Assembly: GCA_031288595.1 (NCBI GenBank) | Contig: JAITRB010000018.1 | Coordinates: 1 to 32,000 of the forward strand | Direction: 5' to 3' | DNA: 32,000 bases | Source: Puniceicoccales bacterium | GTDB taxonomy: Bacteria; Verrucomicrobiota; Verrucomicrobiia; Opitutales; JAIRLG01 | Shown: positions 8,726 through 17,898 of the stretch, piece after piece | Layout of the letters: every line of letters starts with the position of its first letter | Position numbering within the stretch: the first letter of the stretch is position 1 | Made by a program: the position numbers and the translations under genes | The notes under the pieces: model-generated | What the model was told of the DNA's origin: nothing | What the model saw: the letters and a program-made list of their open reading frames with translations, nothing else | The model's database searches: none

Positions 8726-9889
8726 TTACCTGACATACACTCGCCGGACTCGGGAAGGAATCGAGCAGAGGCACTCGCGGATGATGCGCTGCGACCAGCG
8801 GCAGAACTCGTTGAGCGTGATCTCATCCTCTCCGTCACGTCCGATCCAGGTCACGCGGTCGCCCACTCGAATGGGCATTCTGGCCCCTGTGATATCGAGG
8901 AGGGTCTGATCCATCGCCACCCGACCCAGGACTCTGAATCGCTGTCCGTGAATGAGCGCTTCGGCCACATTGGAAGCATGGGTCGAAATCCCATCGGCAT
9001 AACCGGCACTTAAAAGCGCGATATGGGTTGGTCGATGGGTCATCGCCATCGCGTCGTAGCCAATCGGGACTCCAGCCGGGAGCATTTTAACAAGACTGAC
9101 CCGGCTATAGAAGCTCAGAACCGGTTCTAGGGAGAGCGAACGGATGAAGGGCAGCTGGCACTCCGGCCCCACGCCGTACTGCAATGCGCCGATGCGAACG
9201 GCATTGCAGGGAGAATTTTCCCAGGTCCCCGGCAGCGAAAAGCTAGCACTCTCGTGAATCCAAAGTTCCGGAGACAGGGGGCCACAAGCCTTCTTATAGC
9301 GTTCCAGCCAATGGCCAAAGCGTCGGCGCTGGAGCTCGGTATAGGCCTGATTCGAACAGGCACAGGAAAAATGCGTCGCGATACCCGTGATGCGGAGCCA
9401 AGGGTCTCTGCCAAAGGCCCTAAGGGCCTCTTCCACCGCATCCCCGTACCAGAACCCGACCCGACCCATGCCTGTATCCACCTTCAGATGGACGGAAATC
9501 GCCTTTCCCCGCTCTTGCGCGTAGAGCCGCAGATGCCGCAGTTCTTCCAAACTCGACATGAAGGGCGTCAGCTGGTATTCGAATAAAAATGGAACTTCCT
9601 CCGGCAACACCGGGCTCAGAATGAGCACCGGAAGGCTTTTATCCTGCTCGCGAATGCGAATGGCCTCCTGCACATTGGCCACTCCGAAGGCATCGATGCC
9701 AAGCTGCAGCATCCGCGAAACAACAGCCGATAGGCCATGGCCATAGGCATCGGCCTTTACCACTGCGATGTAATGCGCGCAATCCGGGAGATGCTGACGG
9801 ATATGCTTAATATTGAGCTCTAGGAGCCCGAGGTCGATTTCAGCCCAGGCCCGAAGGGCGCGCGTATCGGTTGGCGTTGAAAAGAGCAT
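8726..9889 (-). CDS. alr: Alanine racemase
   Basis: The PLP-lysine motif VVKADAYGHG near the N-terminus, and the overall 387 aa Alr architecture. Confidence 0.92.
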   Translation of the reverse strand: MLFSTPTDTRALRAWAEIDLGLLELNIKHIRQHLPDCAHYIAVVKADAYGHGLSAVVSRMLQLGIDAFGVANVQEAIRIREQDKSLPVLILSPVLPEEVPFLFEYQLTPFMSSLEELRHLRLYAQERGKAISVHLKVDTGMGRVGFWYGDAVEEALRAFGRDPWLRITGIATHFSCACSNQAYTELQRRRFGHWLERYKKACGPLSPELWIHESASFSLPGTWENSPCNAVRIGALQYGVGPECQLPFIRSLSLEPVLSFYSRVSLVKMLPAGVPIGYDAMAMTHRPTHIALLSAGYADGISTHASNVAEALIHGQRFRVLGRVAMDQTLLDITGARMPIRVGDRVTWIGRDGEDEITLNEFCRWSQRIIRECLCSIPSRVRRVYVR

Positions 9890-10063
9890 GACTGAGGCTC
9901 AGCTATCTGGTCGCGTAATAGCGAAAGCGGAAGGAAGGACTGTCAAAAGCAAAAAATGTAAGAGGCAGAGGAAAAGTTTGGAAATTTGGAAGCTCCTTAT
10001 CTCTAGCCCTGTACTCCGCTCGGCCTATCCCCAGCCCAGGGATCCCGGGTTGGGAGGGTGGTG

Positions 10064-10154
10064 GGCTGGCTTTACAAGAGACAAATGGCAGAAGGCCATT
10101 TGCCTCTTGCCGCCCGCGCAGCGGGCCCGATGCCGAAGGCATCAAAAGCCAGCC
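10064..10154. repeat. Cloverleaf repeat, copy E (long-GC-short)
   Basis: Outer stem ggctggcttt/aaagccagcc. Arms: caagagacaaatggc-agaag-gccatttgcctcttg (1 mismatch), gcccgc-gca-gcgggc, gatgcc-gaa-ggcatc. Confidence 0.85.
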
Positions 10155-10319
10155 AGCAGAGAAATTCCCCAATTAGGCTATTGAGATAAAAGAACAACTG
10201 TTCCCAGCGAATACAGCAGGAGAAGCCTTTCTATTTCCCGAAGCGCCGAAAAGGGCAGCGTCAAAATGCTCAACCACAGCAAGTTCTCCTTGTCCAAAAC
10301 TAACTCCTCCAGTCCTTAC

Positions 10320-10397
10320 TGGGGTGGCTAACCGGATTCGAACCGGTGACCCTCGGAACCACAATCCGATGCTCTAACCAGCTGAGCTACAGCCACC
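10320..10397 (-). tRNA. tRNA-His (anticodon GTG) with encoded G-1 and CCA
   Basis: The reverse complement reads g-gtggctg-ta-gctc-agctggtta-gagc-a-tcgga-ttgtggt-tccga-gggtc-accgg-ttcgaat-ccggt-tagccac-c-cca. The extra 5' G paired with the discriminator C is the tRNA-His hallmark. Confidence 0.95.
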
Positions 10398-10472
10398 AAC
10401 CCCAGTCCAGGCAATCGCTTGCTGGGCTTTTGTCAAGTGAGCTTCCGGAAGCCGCTTCGGCAGGTAAAACGG

Positions 10473-11642
10473 ATGATTTCCCTCGCCGATGGGAGAACAA
10501 GTCCTTTTCTGCCGAGCGTGAGGGTCATTCAGTCATACGTCTTGCGGGAAGGCCTTCTCCACAGCTCGCTTTCGGTTGCCCTCTTTGCCCTCGTCCTCCT
10601 CTCGGGCAACGCCATTCGGGATGTACTCGAACTGCTCGCCGATGGGAAGATCAGCCTTTTTTGCAGCCTGAAATTCCTCTGCATTTTAAGCCCTTCTCTC
10701 ATTTCCTACGCGCTACCCCTGGGCATTCTCACCGGCACCCTATGGACACTGGGTAAAATGGCCTCTCGGAACGAAATCCTTCTGATAAAAAGCGCCGGCA
10801 TCAGCCTCTTCCAAATCCTATCGCCCCTAATTCTCATCGCTCTGGGAGCGATGCTTCTCTCGCTCTTCATCAACTTCGAGTATGCGCCGAAGTCCATCGC
10901 CGGTTACCGGCGCTCGTTGCGAGAAATGGTCCGCGAGGACCCATTGCGCTATTTCCGTCCCGCGACCTTTGTGAGGGAATTCCCAGGTTATATCCTCTTT
11001 GCTCAGCGCCGCCAGGAGTCCTGCCTGGAGGATTTCCATGTCTGGGAGCTCGATTCCCAGGGACGGACGATGGCCACTGCCCAGGCGGAATCGGCCGAAG
11101 TGAGCTACGACCCTAATCAGGACACTTTGCTCTTGAGTCTCCACAGGGGGAGCGCCGAGAAGCGGCCCGATGATGCACCGGAGAATATCGTGGAGCGATC
11201 GACCCCGACCCTTTTTTTCAAGTGCATGGATCTGCAATTGCCCCTAGGAAATCTCCTGGCCCATTGCGGTCCGGGCCAGGTGAGGCTCAAACACATGAGT
11301 TTGGGCGAGCTTTTACGGGCGAGGCGAGAGGCCATTCAGCGGGGCGATTTCGCGGGGCGTGTGGCGATTCAGCTGCAGATTCAAAAGCAAATCGTCATGG
11401 CCCTCGCCACGCTCTCGATGGTCTTGCTGGGCGCACCCCTCGCCATGAAATCCGCCCATGCTGAGATCTTCATCCATCTCTTCCTGGCCATTCTATTGGC
11501 CATGGGCTTTTATTTCTCGGTCATCGCCATTTCCTGGCTGGAAGATTTCCCGCACTGGCGGCCAGACCTCCTTCTCTGGATTCCTAACCTCCTCCTGCAA
11601 GTCCTCGGCTTCATCCTCTTCAGGAGAACGGCGAGGCATTGA
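10473..11642 (+). CDS. LptF/LptG-family (YjgP/YjgQ) LPS export permease
   Basis: N-terminal IQSYVLREGL...LSGNAIRDV.. pattern, multiple TM segments flanking a large periplasmic domain, and ~390 aa. The start is uncertain; ATG 10473 is chosen and the ORF opens at 10419. Confidence 0.75.
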   Translation: MISLADGRTSPFLPSVRVIQSYVLREGLLHSSLSVALFALVLLSGNAIRDVLELLADGKISLFCSLKFLCILSPSLISYALPLGILTGTLWTLGKMASRNEILLIKSAGISLFQILSPLILIALGAMLLSLFINFEYAPKSIAGYRRSLREMVREDPLRYFRPATFVREFPGYILFAQRRQESCLEDFHVWELDSQGRTMATAQAESAEVSYDPNQDTLLLSLHRGSAEKRPDDAPENIVERSTPTLFFKCMDLQLPLGNLLAHCGPGQVRLKHMSLGELLRARREAIQRGDFAGRVAIQLQIQKQIVMALATLSMVLLGAPLAMKSAHAEIFIHLFLAILLAMGFYFSVIAISWLEDFPHWRPDLLLWIPNLLLQVLGFILFRRTARH

Positions 11643-11771
11643 GGACTGCGATGAGGAGGAGTGGCAAGGGAAAAGGCAAACCTTGCCCAATTCCAGCTGA
11701 AGGCTTGGGGCGAAGAGAGGGAATTTGGGCGAAAGATCGGGAAAGATCGGTTGTCGGAAGTGGTCATTTTC

Positions 11772-11858
11772 TTCGCTGTCTTTGGATCCCGAAGGGATCG
11801 CTCGCGAAGCGAGCCCCAGGATGAAAAGCTTGCTTTTCATCCTGGCAAAGACAGCGAA
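11772..11858. repeat. Cloverleaf repeat, copy F (short-GC-long)
   Basis: Outer stem ttcgctgtctttg/caaagacagcgaa. Arms: gatccc-gaa-gggatc, gctcgc-gaa-gcgagc, ccaggatgaaaagc..gcttttcatcctgg. Confidence 0.85.
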
Positions 11859-11959
11859 CATAGCGAAGGACGCAATCCCCCCAACACTAGGAACCAAGCG
11901 AAAAATACCTAAAAACTTCCTCTGCCAGAAGGAGAAAAGGAGGGATTTCCCCGAAAACA

Positions 11960-12634
11960 TCACGCCGAGGCTTTCGGAGAGAAGCCTTGGGCCAGCGCGC
12001 CTGGGGATGCTCTCTGCGTCGCCGTCTCCCGGAACGCCGAGGCTTCCGCCGTATGCTGTTTCTCCAGGGTATCGTCGACAGAGGATTGCCAGAGCAGGTC
12101 ACGGGCCTTGACATTTTCAGGATCGTGGCCCAGGACAAAATTGGCCATTTCAACGGCTTCGGAAAAATGCCCACAGCCCAGATAAGCCTCGCCCAGACGG
12201 ATGAGGTCCGACAGCTTTCTCCTCTGGCCATCGATGTTTTCGATGCAGAAAATGGCCGTCTGGAAATATTCGAGCTGAATGGCCAGGCGGCTCATGAGGC
12301 GCCATACCGCATCCCCCTTCAGCGATATATCCAAGAGGGAATCCAGCAGAACCAGGCATTCCTTTCTCTTTTCCCTCAGCTGCAGCGAGAGGAAGGCCAG
12401 TTTTATCCAGGTCCCCAAAAATAGCCCCAGCTTCTGGCCCCATGTCTTCCGGATGGCTCCACTCCTTCGCAGGTGCAACAGCAGCTGCCGTGCTTCCACG
12501 TAATCCGGATTGCGCCGTAGAAGTTCCTGGCAGAGAAAAACCGCATAGGAATTATCCCGACCCGATGCGCTCAGATCCTTCGCCCGTTCGTACAGGGCCT
12601 GTTCTTCCCGATTGCTCAATAAAAACTGATCCAT
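11960..12634 (-). CDS. Hypothetical TPR-like helical repeat protein
   Basis: All-helical repeat-like sequence (LLRRNPDYVEARQLL, GEAYLGCGHFSEAVEMANFVLGHDPENVKARDLL). ATG 12634 lies 30 nt after the glmM stop, which suggests co-transcription. No specific family recognised. Confidence 0.55.
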   Translation of the reverse strand: MDQFLLSNREEQALYERAKDLSASGRDNSYAVFLCQELLRRNPDYVEARQLLLHLRRSGAIRKTWGQKLGLFLGTWIKLAFLSLQLREKRKECLVLLDSLLDISLKGDAVWRLMSRLAIQLEYFQTAIFCIENIDGQRRKLSDLIRLGEAYLGCGHFSEAVEMANFVLGHDPENVKARDLLWQSSVDDTLEKQHTAEASAFRETATQRASPGALAQGFSPKASA

Positions 12635-12663
12635 ATACAATCCGCCAGTCCATTCCCCTAAAT

Positions 12664-14019
12664 CTAAACAAATTCCAGGTATTTGGCGACCCATTCTTTC
12701 AATGCCGCCATCGTCGCCTCCACGGCATCGTTTTCGGCTGCTTCCACGAGGAGGCGGATCTGGGGCTCCGTTCCCGAATAGCGCACGAAAATGCGTCCCT
12801 CGCAGCCCATGTTCTCTTCCAGTCGACGACAGCCCTCCTGAAATCCGGCCAGTGCAGCCAGAGGGGGTTTGGCCGCCACCGGAAGGCTGCAGATTTTTTG
12901 CGGAAAGAGCAGGATTTCTTCCCGTAGTTCCCGGAAGGGGCGCCGTGTTCTCGACAGGAGGGAGAGAAGCAAGATGGCCGTCAGCATTCCATCGCCACCG
13001 GGGGCCAGGTCGCGGAAAATGATATGGCCCGAGGCCTCACCGCCCAAGCGGGCTCCTGAGACCAACATCCTCTTCCAAACCGGGGCATCTCCGACATCGG
13101 AGCGCAGAACCTCTATCCCCTTCCGTCTCAGGGAATGGTCCAGCCCGGTATTGCTCATGACTGTCGCGACGCAGCGATGATGCGCCAGCTTTCCCCGATA
13201 TTCTAAGTCCAGAGCGAAAATGCCCAGCAATTGGTCGCCGGGCACGCGCACTCCGTCCCCGTCACAGACCACGCAGCGGTCACCATCGCCATCGAAGGCA
13301 ATGCCCAAATCCGCTCCGGATTTCAGGACTTGTTCTGCCAGAAATTCCACGTGCTCACTGCCCACGCCGGCATTGATGTTATGCCCATCCGCCTCCCGGG
13401 CGACGCAGAGGACATCGGTTCCTGGAGAGGAAAAGACCTCTGAGACGAAATCGCTCGTCGCGCCGTGGGCCGCATCGATGAGCAGGCACTTCAGAGGAAG
13501 CTGCCCAGGCCAATGCCTCCTCAGCCATGTGATATAGCTGTCGGCAAAGGACGAGTTCCTCAAATTCGGCCCTGAAGCCCCTGCATCCTTCGATGCCAGA
13601 GGCTCTTTGGAAGAATGGGTTCCCATTTCATCCAGCCGCCTCTCGATGCCGGCCAGCTCCGTATCCGGCAATTTCTGGGCCTCGGGGCCCAGGAGCTTGA
13701 AACCGTTATCCGTGGCCGGATTGTGGGAGGCGGTGATCATGACACCCAAATCCGCTCCCAAGCTCGTCACGGCCATCGCCAGGGCCGGTGTCGGAAGGAT
13801 GCCCAAATCCACAATGGACAGATGCTTCCCGAGCCCACGGACGAATGCCTCCGCGAGATTTTTTCCCGAAAAGCGGGTATCGCGGCCCAGCAGCAGGGTT
13901 TTGCCTCCTCTTTCCCCCAAATATCCCGCTAGGGCCAACCCCAAATGATGGGCCCCTTCCTCAGTCACCGGGAACTGACCATAGGTCCCGCGGATGCCAT
14001 CTGTACCGAAATAACGCAT
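12664..14019 (-). CDS. glmM: Phosphoglucosamine mutase
   Basis: MRYFGTDGIRG start, active-site loop ITASHNPATDNGFK, metal-binding loop FDGDGDR, and GEASGH. ATG 14019 is 15 nt after the mraY stop; the ORF extends to 14073. Confidence 0.92.
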   Translation of the reverse strand: MRYFGTDGIRGTYGQFPVTEEGAHHLGLALAGYLGERGGKTLLLGRDTRFSGKNLAEAFVRGLGKHLSIVDLGILPTPALAMAVTSLGADLGVMITASHNPATDNGFKLLGPEAQKLPDTELAGIERRLDEMGTHSSKEPLASKDAGASGPNLRNSSFADSYITWLRRHWPGQLPLKCLLIDAAHGATSDFVSEVFSSPGTDVLCVAREADGHNINAGVGSEHVEFLAEQVLKSGADLGIAFDGDGDRCVVCDGDGVRVPGDQLLGIFALDLEYRGKLAHHRCVATVMSNTGLDHSLRRKGIEVLRSDVGDAPVWKRMLVSGARLGGEASGHIIFRDLAPGGDGMLTAILLLSLLSRTRRPFRELREEILLFPQKICSLPVAAKPPLAALAGFQEGCRRLEENMGCEGRIFVRYSGTEPQIRLLVEAAENDAVEATMAALKEWVAKYLEFV

Positions 14020-14033
14020 CGTCCCAAAGTATT

Positions 14034-15140
14034 CTATCGCAGCTTGAGCGTTGCTAGACCCAGCAACAGGCACAGGAAGGATACGATCCAGAAACGCACC
14101 ACCAGTTTGGGTTCCGGAATGCCGGATAGTTCAAAGTGATGGTGCAGCGGGGCCATTCTCAAGACCCGCCGGCCTCCCCGCCAGCGAAAGGAAGCCACCT
14201 GTAAGATCACGGATAGGGTCTCGGCGACGAACACCGCCCCCACCAGCACCAGCAAAAAGGGCTGTTTCACCAGAAAGGCGATCGTTCCCACAAGCCCTCC
14301 TATGGCCAGCGAGCCCGTGTCGCCCATGAAGATTTCCGCCGGATGGGCGTTGTACCAGAGGAAGACCAGACAGGCACCGGCCAGTGCTGCACACAGGACG
14401 GCCAGTTCGCCGCTGCCGGACACGGGACTCAGGTGGAGGTAGCTCGCCACCAGGGCATTGCCCGTGAGGTAGGCCATGAGGGTGAAGAAGAGGATCGTCA
14501 TCAGCGCACAGCCCGTAGCCAAACCATCGATGCCATCCGTAAGGTTGATCGCATTGCTCGTCCCCGACAGCACGCAGAAGAAAAAGAGACCCACCAGCCA
14601 ACCGGGAAGATCTGAAAGGAGCGGGTGTTTGAAAAAGGGGAAACAGAGCTCGGCATAGGATTGCCGCCATTCCGGTGAATGCGCCCATAGGACGGCCAGC
14701 ACAAGCGCCGTCAGCAATCCCTGGATGGCCATCTTCAGCCACCAGGGAAGCCCATGGCTGCTTCGGTGGGAAATTTTGAGAAAATCGTCGCCGAAGCCCA
14801 GCAGGGTCAGCGCCACATAGACCAGCAGCGACAGACCCACCAAGGTATTCCAGCGCACCCAGAGGAAGGCACTGCTGAGCGTGGAGAAGAAGATGAGCAA
14901 CCCGCCCATCGTCGGTGTGTGCTCCTTGGCCGCATGCAGCTCGGCCAGGCGATGGACCTCCCGAGCCGTTCGCTGGGCCTGCTCCATCCCCCGGCAGCAC
15001 AGGTAGCGCCGCATCGGCCCGGCGATGAGGAAGCCGATGATGACTGATGTGAATAGGGCCATCAGCATGCGGAAACTGAGGTAGCGGAAGAGGCGCAAAG
15101 GCCCCCAGTGAGGCTCCAGTTTGTAGAGCGCTTGCAGCAT
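14034..15140 (-). CDS. mraY: Phospho-N-acetylmuramoyl-pentapeptide transferase
   Basis: Polytopic membrane protein with the MraY motifs TPTMGG, GFGDDFLK, NAINLTDGIDGLA and PLHHHFE. 368 aa. Confidence 0.94.
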   Translation of the reverse strand: MLQALYKLEPHWGPLRLFRYLSFRMLMALFTSVIIGFLIAGPMRRYLCCRGMEQAQRTAREVHRLAELHAAKEHTPTMGGLLIFFSTLSSAFLWVRWNTLVGLSLLVYVALTLLGFGDDFLKISHRSSHGLPWWLKMAIQGLLTALVLAVLWAHSPEWRQSYAELCFPFFKHPLLSDLPGWLVGLFFFCVLSGTSNAINLTDGIDGLATGCALMTILFFTLMAYLTGNALVASYLHLSPVSGSGELAVLCAALAGACLVFLWYNAHPAEIFMGDTGSLAIGGLVGTIAFLVKQPFLLVLVGAVFVAETLSVILQVASFRWRGGRRVLRMAPLHHHFELSGIPEPKLVVRFWIVSFLCLLLGLATLKLR

Positions 15141-15233
15141 GGGAATCGACTAGCAAGAACGCTAGGCAAAGAGAAGCTCCTCTTCAAGAGGATTCCATCG
15201 CCTTCTTCTCCAGTGCTGGAGCCTTAGTTTCAA

Positions 15234-15323
15234 CGCCTTAGGAGCCCGAAGGGCTCCTGTCCGCTCTGCGGACGGCGCTGGGGAAAAATAAAAAGCTTTT
15301 TATTTTTCCCCAGCGCCAAGGCG
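15234..15323. repeat. Cloverleaf repeat, copy G (short-GC-long; GCCTTG subfamily)
   Basis: Outer stem cgcctt(a)gg/ccaaggcg. Arms: gagccc-gaa-gggctc, gtccgc-tct-gcggac, cgctggggaaaaataaaaagc..gctttttatttttccccagcg. Confidence 0.8.
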
Positions 15324-15445
15324 GCGAAGCAAACCGGCCATGCCCCCAATTCCCCTTCACTCGCCGAACAACTCCCACAGGATATAAACTTGGATACAGA
15401 CCGTTTTTCATTGCCCATCTTACCCCATCCCCTTAGGACTAGGGC

Positions 15446-16240
15446 GTGCTTCGCTCACTCCAGTTCCTCGCCAGCAGCAGCCAGGGAAATGCTGCCGTTC
15501 TCAGCACCGACCAAAGCCGCATCCTCATCGATGCCGGACTTTCCGGAAAGCAAATCCTACAGCATCTGGCCTATTACTCCCTGCATATTCAGGACATCGA
15601 CGCCGTATTCCTGAGCCACGAGCACAGTGACCATACCCAGGGCATCCGTGGACTCGCCTCTTTCCGGCACCTTCAGTTCTTCGCCAACCACGCCACGAAG
15701 CATGCGCTACAGGCAAAGCACGACTACGCCATCCACTGGCAGAACTTTGACACCGGGGACTCCTTCGTATTTCGCGACATCGCGGTCACGACCCATGCCA
15801 TTCCCCATGACGCGGAAGATCCTATTGCCTATACCTTCAGCTCCACCGCCGAACAGGAACAGCGCCTCAGCTGGATGACCGACCTGGGCTATATTTCCCC
15901 AAGTCTCAACTCCCTCATTCGGGACACCCGAGTGCTCGTGCTGGAGGCCAATTTCGATCCCGGGCTCCTGGAGAGCGACCTGTCCCGTCCCTGGTCACTC
16001 AAGCAGCGCATCCGCGGGCGCCATGGGCACCTCTCCAACACAGCGGCGCTGAACGGACTCTGTGAACAAGTGCCCACCAGGGCCCAAAAGGTATTTTTGG
16101 CCCATCTGAGCCGCGACTGCAATGATCCCAAGATCCTAATCGGGCTCATCGCTGAGGCGAGAAAGCAGCACCCGCTGCTCCCTCCCGATATCGAGCCCAT
16201 CGCTCCCGGCAGCGCCCTGGGCATTCAGTATCTCTTCTGA
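15446..16240 (+). CDS. MBL-fold metallo-hydrolase (YycJ/PhnP-like)
   Basis: SSSQGNAAVL..ILIDAG, then LSHEHSDH (HxHxDH zinc motif) and a later HGHLSN. 264 aa, GTG start. Confidence 0.85.
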   Translation: MLRSLQFLASSSQGNAAVLSTDQSRILIDAGLSGKQILQHLAYYSLHIQDIDAVFLSHEHSDHTQGIRGLASFRHLQFFANHATKHALQAKHDYAIHWQNFDTGDSFVFRDIAVTTHAIPHDAEDPIAYTFSSTAEQEQRLSWMTDLGYISPSLNSLIRDTRVLVLEANFDPGLLESDLSRPWSLKQRIRGRHGHLSNTAALNGLCEQVPTRAQKVFLAHLSRDCNDPKILIGLIAEARKQHPLLPPDIEPIAPGSALGIQYLF

Positions 16241-16309
16241 GCTCAATCGGCAAGTTTCGTTGGCAAACTGTGCTCGCACTGAACCTTGTCGCCGATTGAA
16301 GCGTCTGAA

Positions 16310-16406
16310 GGCCGCCTTGAGAGCCCTTCGGGCTCTGGCCTGCTCCGCAGGCTGCGCTTGAGGAAAGCTAAAGGCCTTTTAGCTTTCCTCAAGCGCCAAG
16401 GCGGCC
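16310..16406. repeat. Cloverleaf repeat, copy H (short-GC-long; GCCTTG subfamily)
   Basis: Outer stem ggccgccttg/ccaaggcggcc. Arms: gagccc-ttc-gggctc, gcctgc-tcc-gcaggc, cgcttgaggaaagctaaaagg-cc-ttttagctttcctcaagcg. Confidence 0.85.
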
Positions 16407-16545
16407 CACGGAAACCCTAGTCCCCAAAATTCCCAGTACCTGAACAGTCGTCGATGAACTCCCCCAAAGCCTCCCCACCCTCATGAACCCTTTCCGAAGG
16501 ACAGCCTCGACAAGGATCTAAACCCATCTAAGCTAAGGGATTCCT

Positions 16546-16902
16546 ATGTTTCTGGAGCGCTTCGTCTGGCGGCCCCTGCGTTACTCCCTGGACGGTCTCG
16601 CCTATCTCCTCCAAGAGCGGGCCTTTCGGGAAGAGCTTTTGGTCGGAGGCATTTTATGGGGCATTTCCTTCCAGCGCATCGGCTACTGTACTCCGCAGGC
16701 TCTGCTGACGCTCGCCTGGGGACTCGTCCTGCTGACGGAAGCATTGAATTCGGCCATCGAAAGCCTCGTCAACCTCCTTTCGCCCCGGAAACATTCTCTG
16801 GCCAAGAGGGCTAAGGACATCGGCAGCGCAGCTGTTTTCATCGCCGTTCTCAGCGGACTCGGCATCTTCGCCTTCTGCCTGAATATTCCAGTCCATGGAT
16901 GA
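16546..16902 (+). CDS. dgkA: Diacylglycerol kinase (DgkA family)
   Basis: 118 aa with three TM segments. REEL.., TEALNSAIESLV and AKDIGSAAV motifs are typical of DgkA. Confidence 0.85.
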   Translation: MFLERFVWRPLRYSLDGLAYLLQERAFREELLVGGILWGISFQRIGYCTPQALLTLAWGLVLLTEALNSAIESLVNLLSPRKHSLAKRAKDIGSAAVFIAVLSGLGIFAFCLNIPVHG

Positions 16903-17647
16903 AAAGGTCCACTTTCTCCTCACGCTTCAGGAGTACGAGCAGCGGCAGAGCCGGATCGACCTGAAGGTACCCGAGCGGCACCGCCATCAGCTGGAGGAGA
17001 AGAAACATGACCTGCAGGAAGAGCTCGCCCAGGCACGGCAGGAATTGCTCCGGGGGCAGCGGCAGATTACGGGGAACGAACGGGAACTCAAGGAATGGGA
17101 GGAAGAGCTCCATCAATGCCTGGGCCAGCAGGTTCTCAGCAAAAAACCGGAGGCCTTTCGGGCGCTGGGAGACAAAATCGCCCAGCTGCGGGAAAAAATT
17201 TCCCAGAGCGAAGATTCCATTCTGCAAGAGCTGGAGGCTCAAGAGGAGAAAGGACAAGCGTTCGTCCGACTCGAAGAGGAAATCTGGGAGCAAATAGCCT
17301 CGTTGGAGCAGGAGATGGTGACCCAAGGGACGCTTTTGGCCGAATCGGAACAGGCCCTTCGGGTTTTGGAGGAGAAGATAAAGACCTTTCGCGAAACCAT
17401 CGTCGAACCGGAATACCTGAATCTCTACGATCAGGTCAGGGCTCGAGGTGTCGCTTTCCCCTGGGTTACGGCCATCGTCGAGCATCGCTGCCAGGGCTGC
17501 CACATCCGTCTATCGCCGGAACAGGATGTATTTTTTCGTCAAAATCCCTGCGGGCATTCCTTCTGCGAGCAGTGCGGACGGCTCCTCTACCGGCCAAATG
17601 TCCGAGCAGGGATGGAAGACGGAGAAGCGGAAACCGGTTCGGACTAA
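16895..17647 (+). CDS. Coiled-coil protein with C-terminal C4 zinc ribbon (COG1579/DUF164-like)
   Basis: A long heptad-rich Glu/Gln/Leu region, then CQGCHIRLS...CGHSFCEQCGRLL. It overlaps the dgkA stop by 8 nt (ATGGATGA), implying translational coupling. Confidence 0.72.
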   Translation: MDEKVHFLLTLQEYEQRQSRIDLKVPERHRHQLEEKKHDLQEELAQARQELLRGQRQITGNERELKEWEEELHQCLGQQVLSKKPEAFRALGDKIAQLREKISQSEDSILQELEAQEEKGQAFVRLEEEIWEQIASLEQEMVTQGTLLAESEQALRVLEEKIKTFRETIVEPEYLNLYDQVRARGVAFPWVTAIVEHRCQGCHIRLSPEQDVFFRQNPCGHSFCEQCGRLLYRPNVRAGMEDGEAETGSD

Positions 17648-17697
17648 ATTTTCCCTCTTCTTTCCCGCCCTTTAAAGTGGATTCGGCATTCTCTTCA

Positions 17698-17781
17698 CTG
17701 GCTTTGTAAGAGGGGAAGGGAAGACTTCCTTCCCCTCTTAAGGCCCGCTTCGCGGGCGATTCCTCCGGAATCCAAAGCCAG
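17698..17781. repeat. Cloverleaf repeat, copy I (long-GC-short)
   Basis: Outer stem ctggctttg/caaagccag. Arms: taagaggggaaggg-aaga-cttccttcccctctta (bulged), ggcccgc-ttc-gcgggc, gattcc-tcc-ggaatc. Confidence 0.85.
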
Positions 17782-17898
17782 CGAAGACCCACCGAGAGCC
17801 AATACCGGAGCCTTCTGTTCTCATCGACCCACTCCGAGTTCCTGAACGACAAATGGCGTTGCCATGAGGGGCATTTTCCCTTTGCAAAAATACGCGTC

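Noticed and set aside
8568-8909. A 113-aa plus-strand ORF.
   Set aside because: Its 3' half overlaps alr antisense and its 5' half lies in an AT-richer spacer. It has no motifs and no convincing ribosome-binding site.
14131-15156. A 341-aa minus-strand ORF.
   Set aside because: It is an alternative frame of mraY, Ala/Gly/Arg/Pro-rich, with no motifs. The mraY frame carries all the family motifs.
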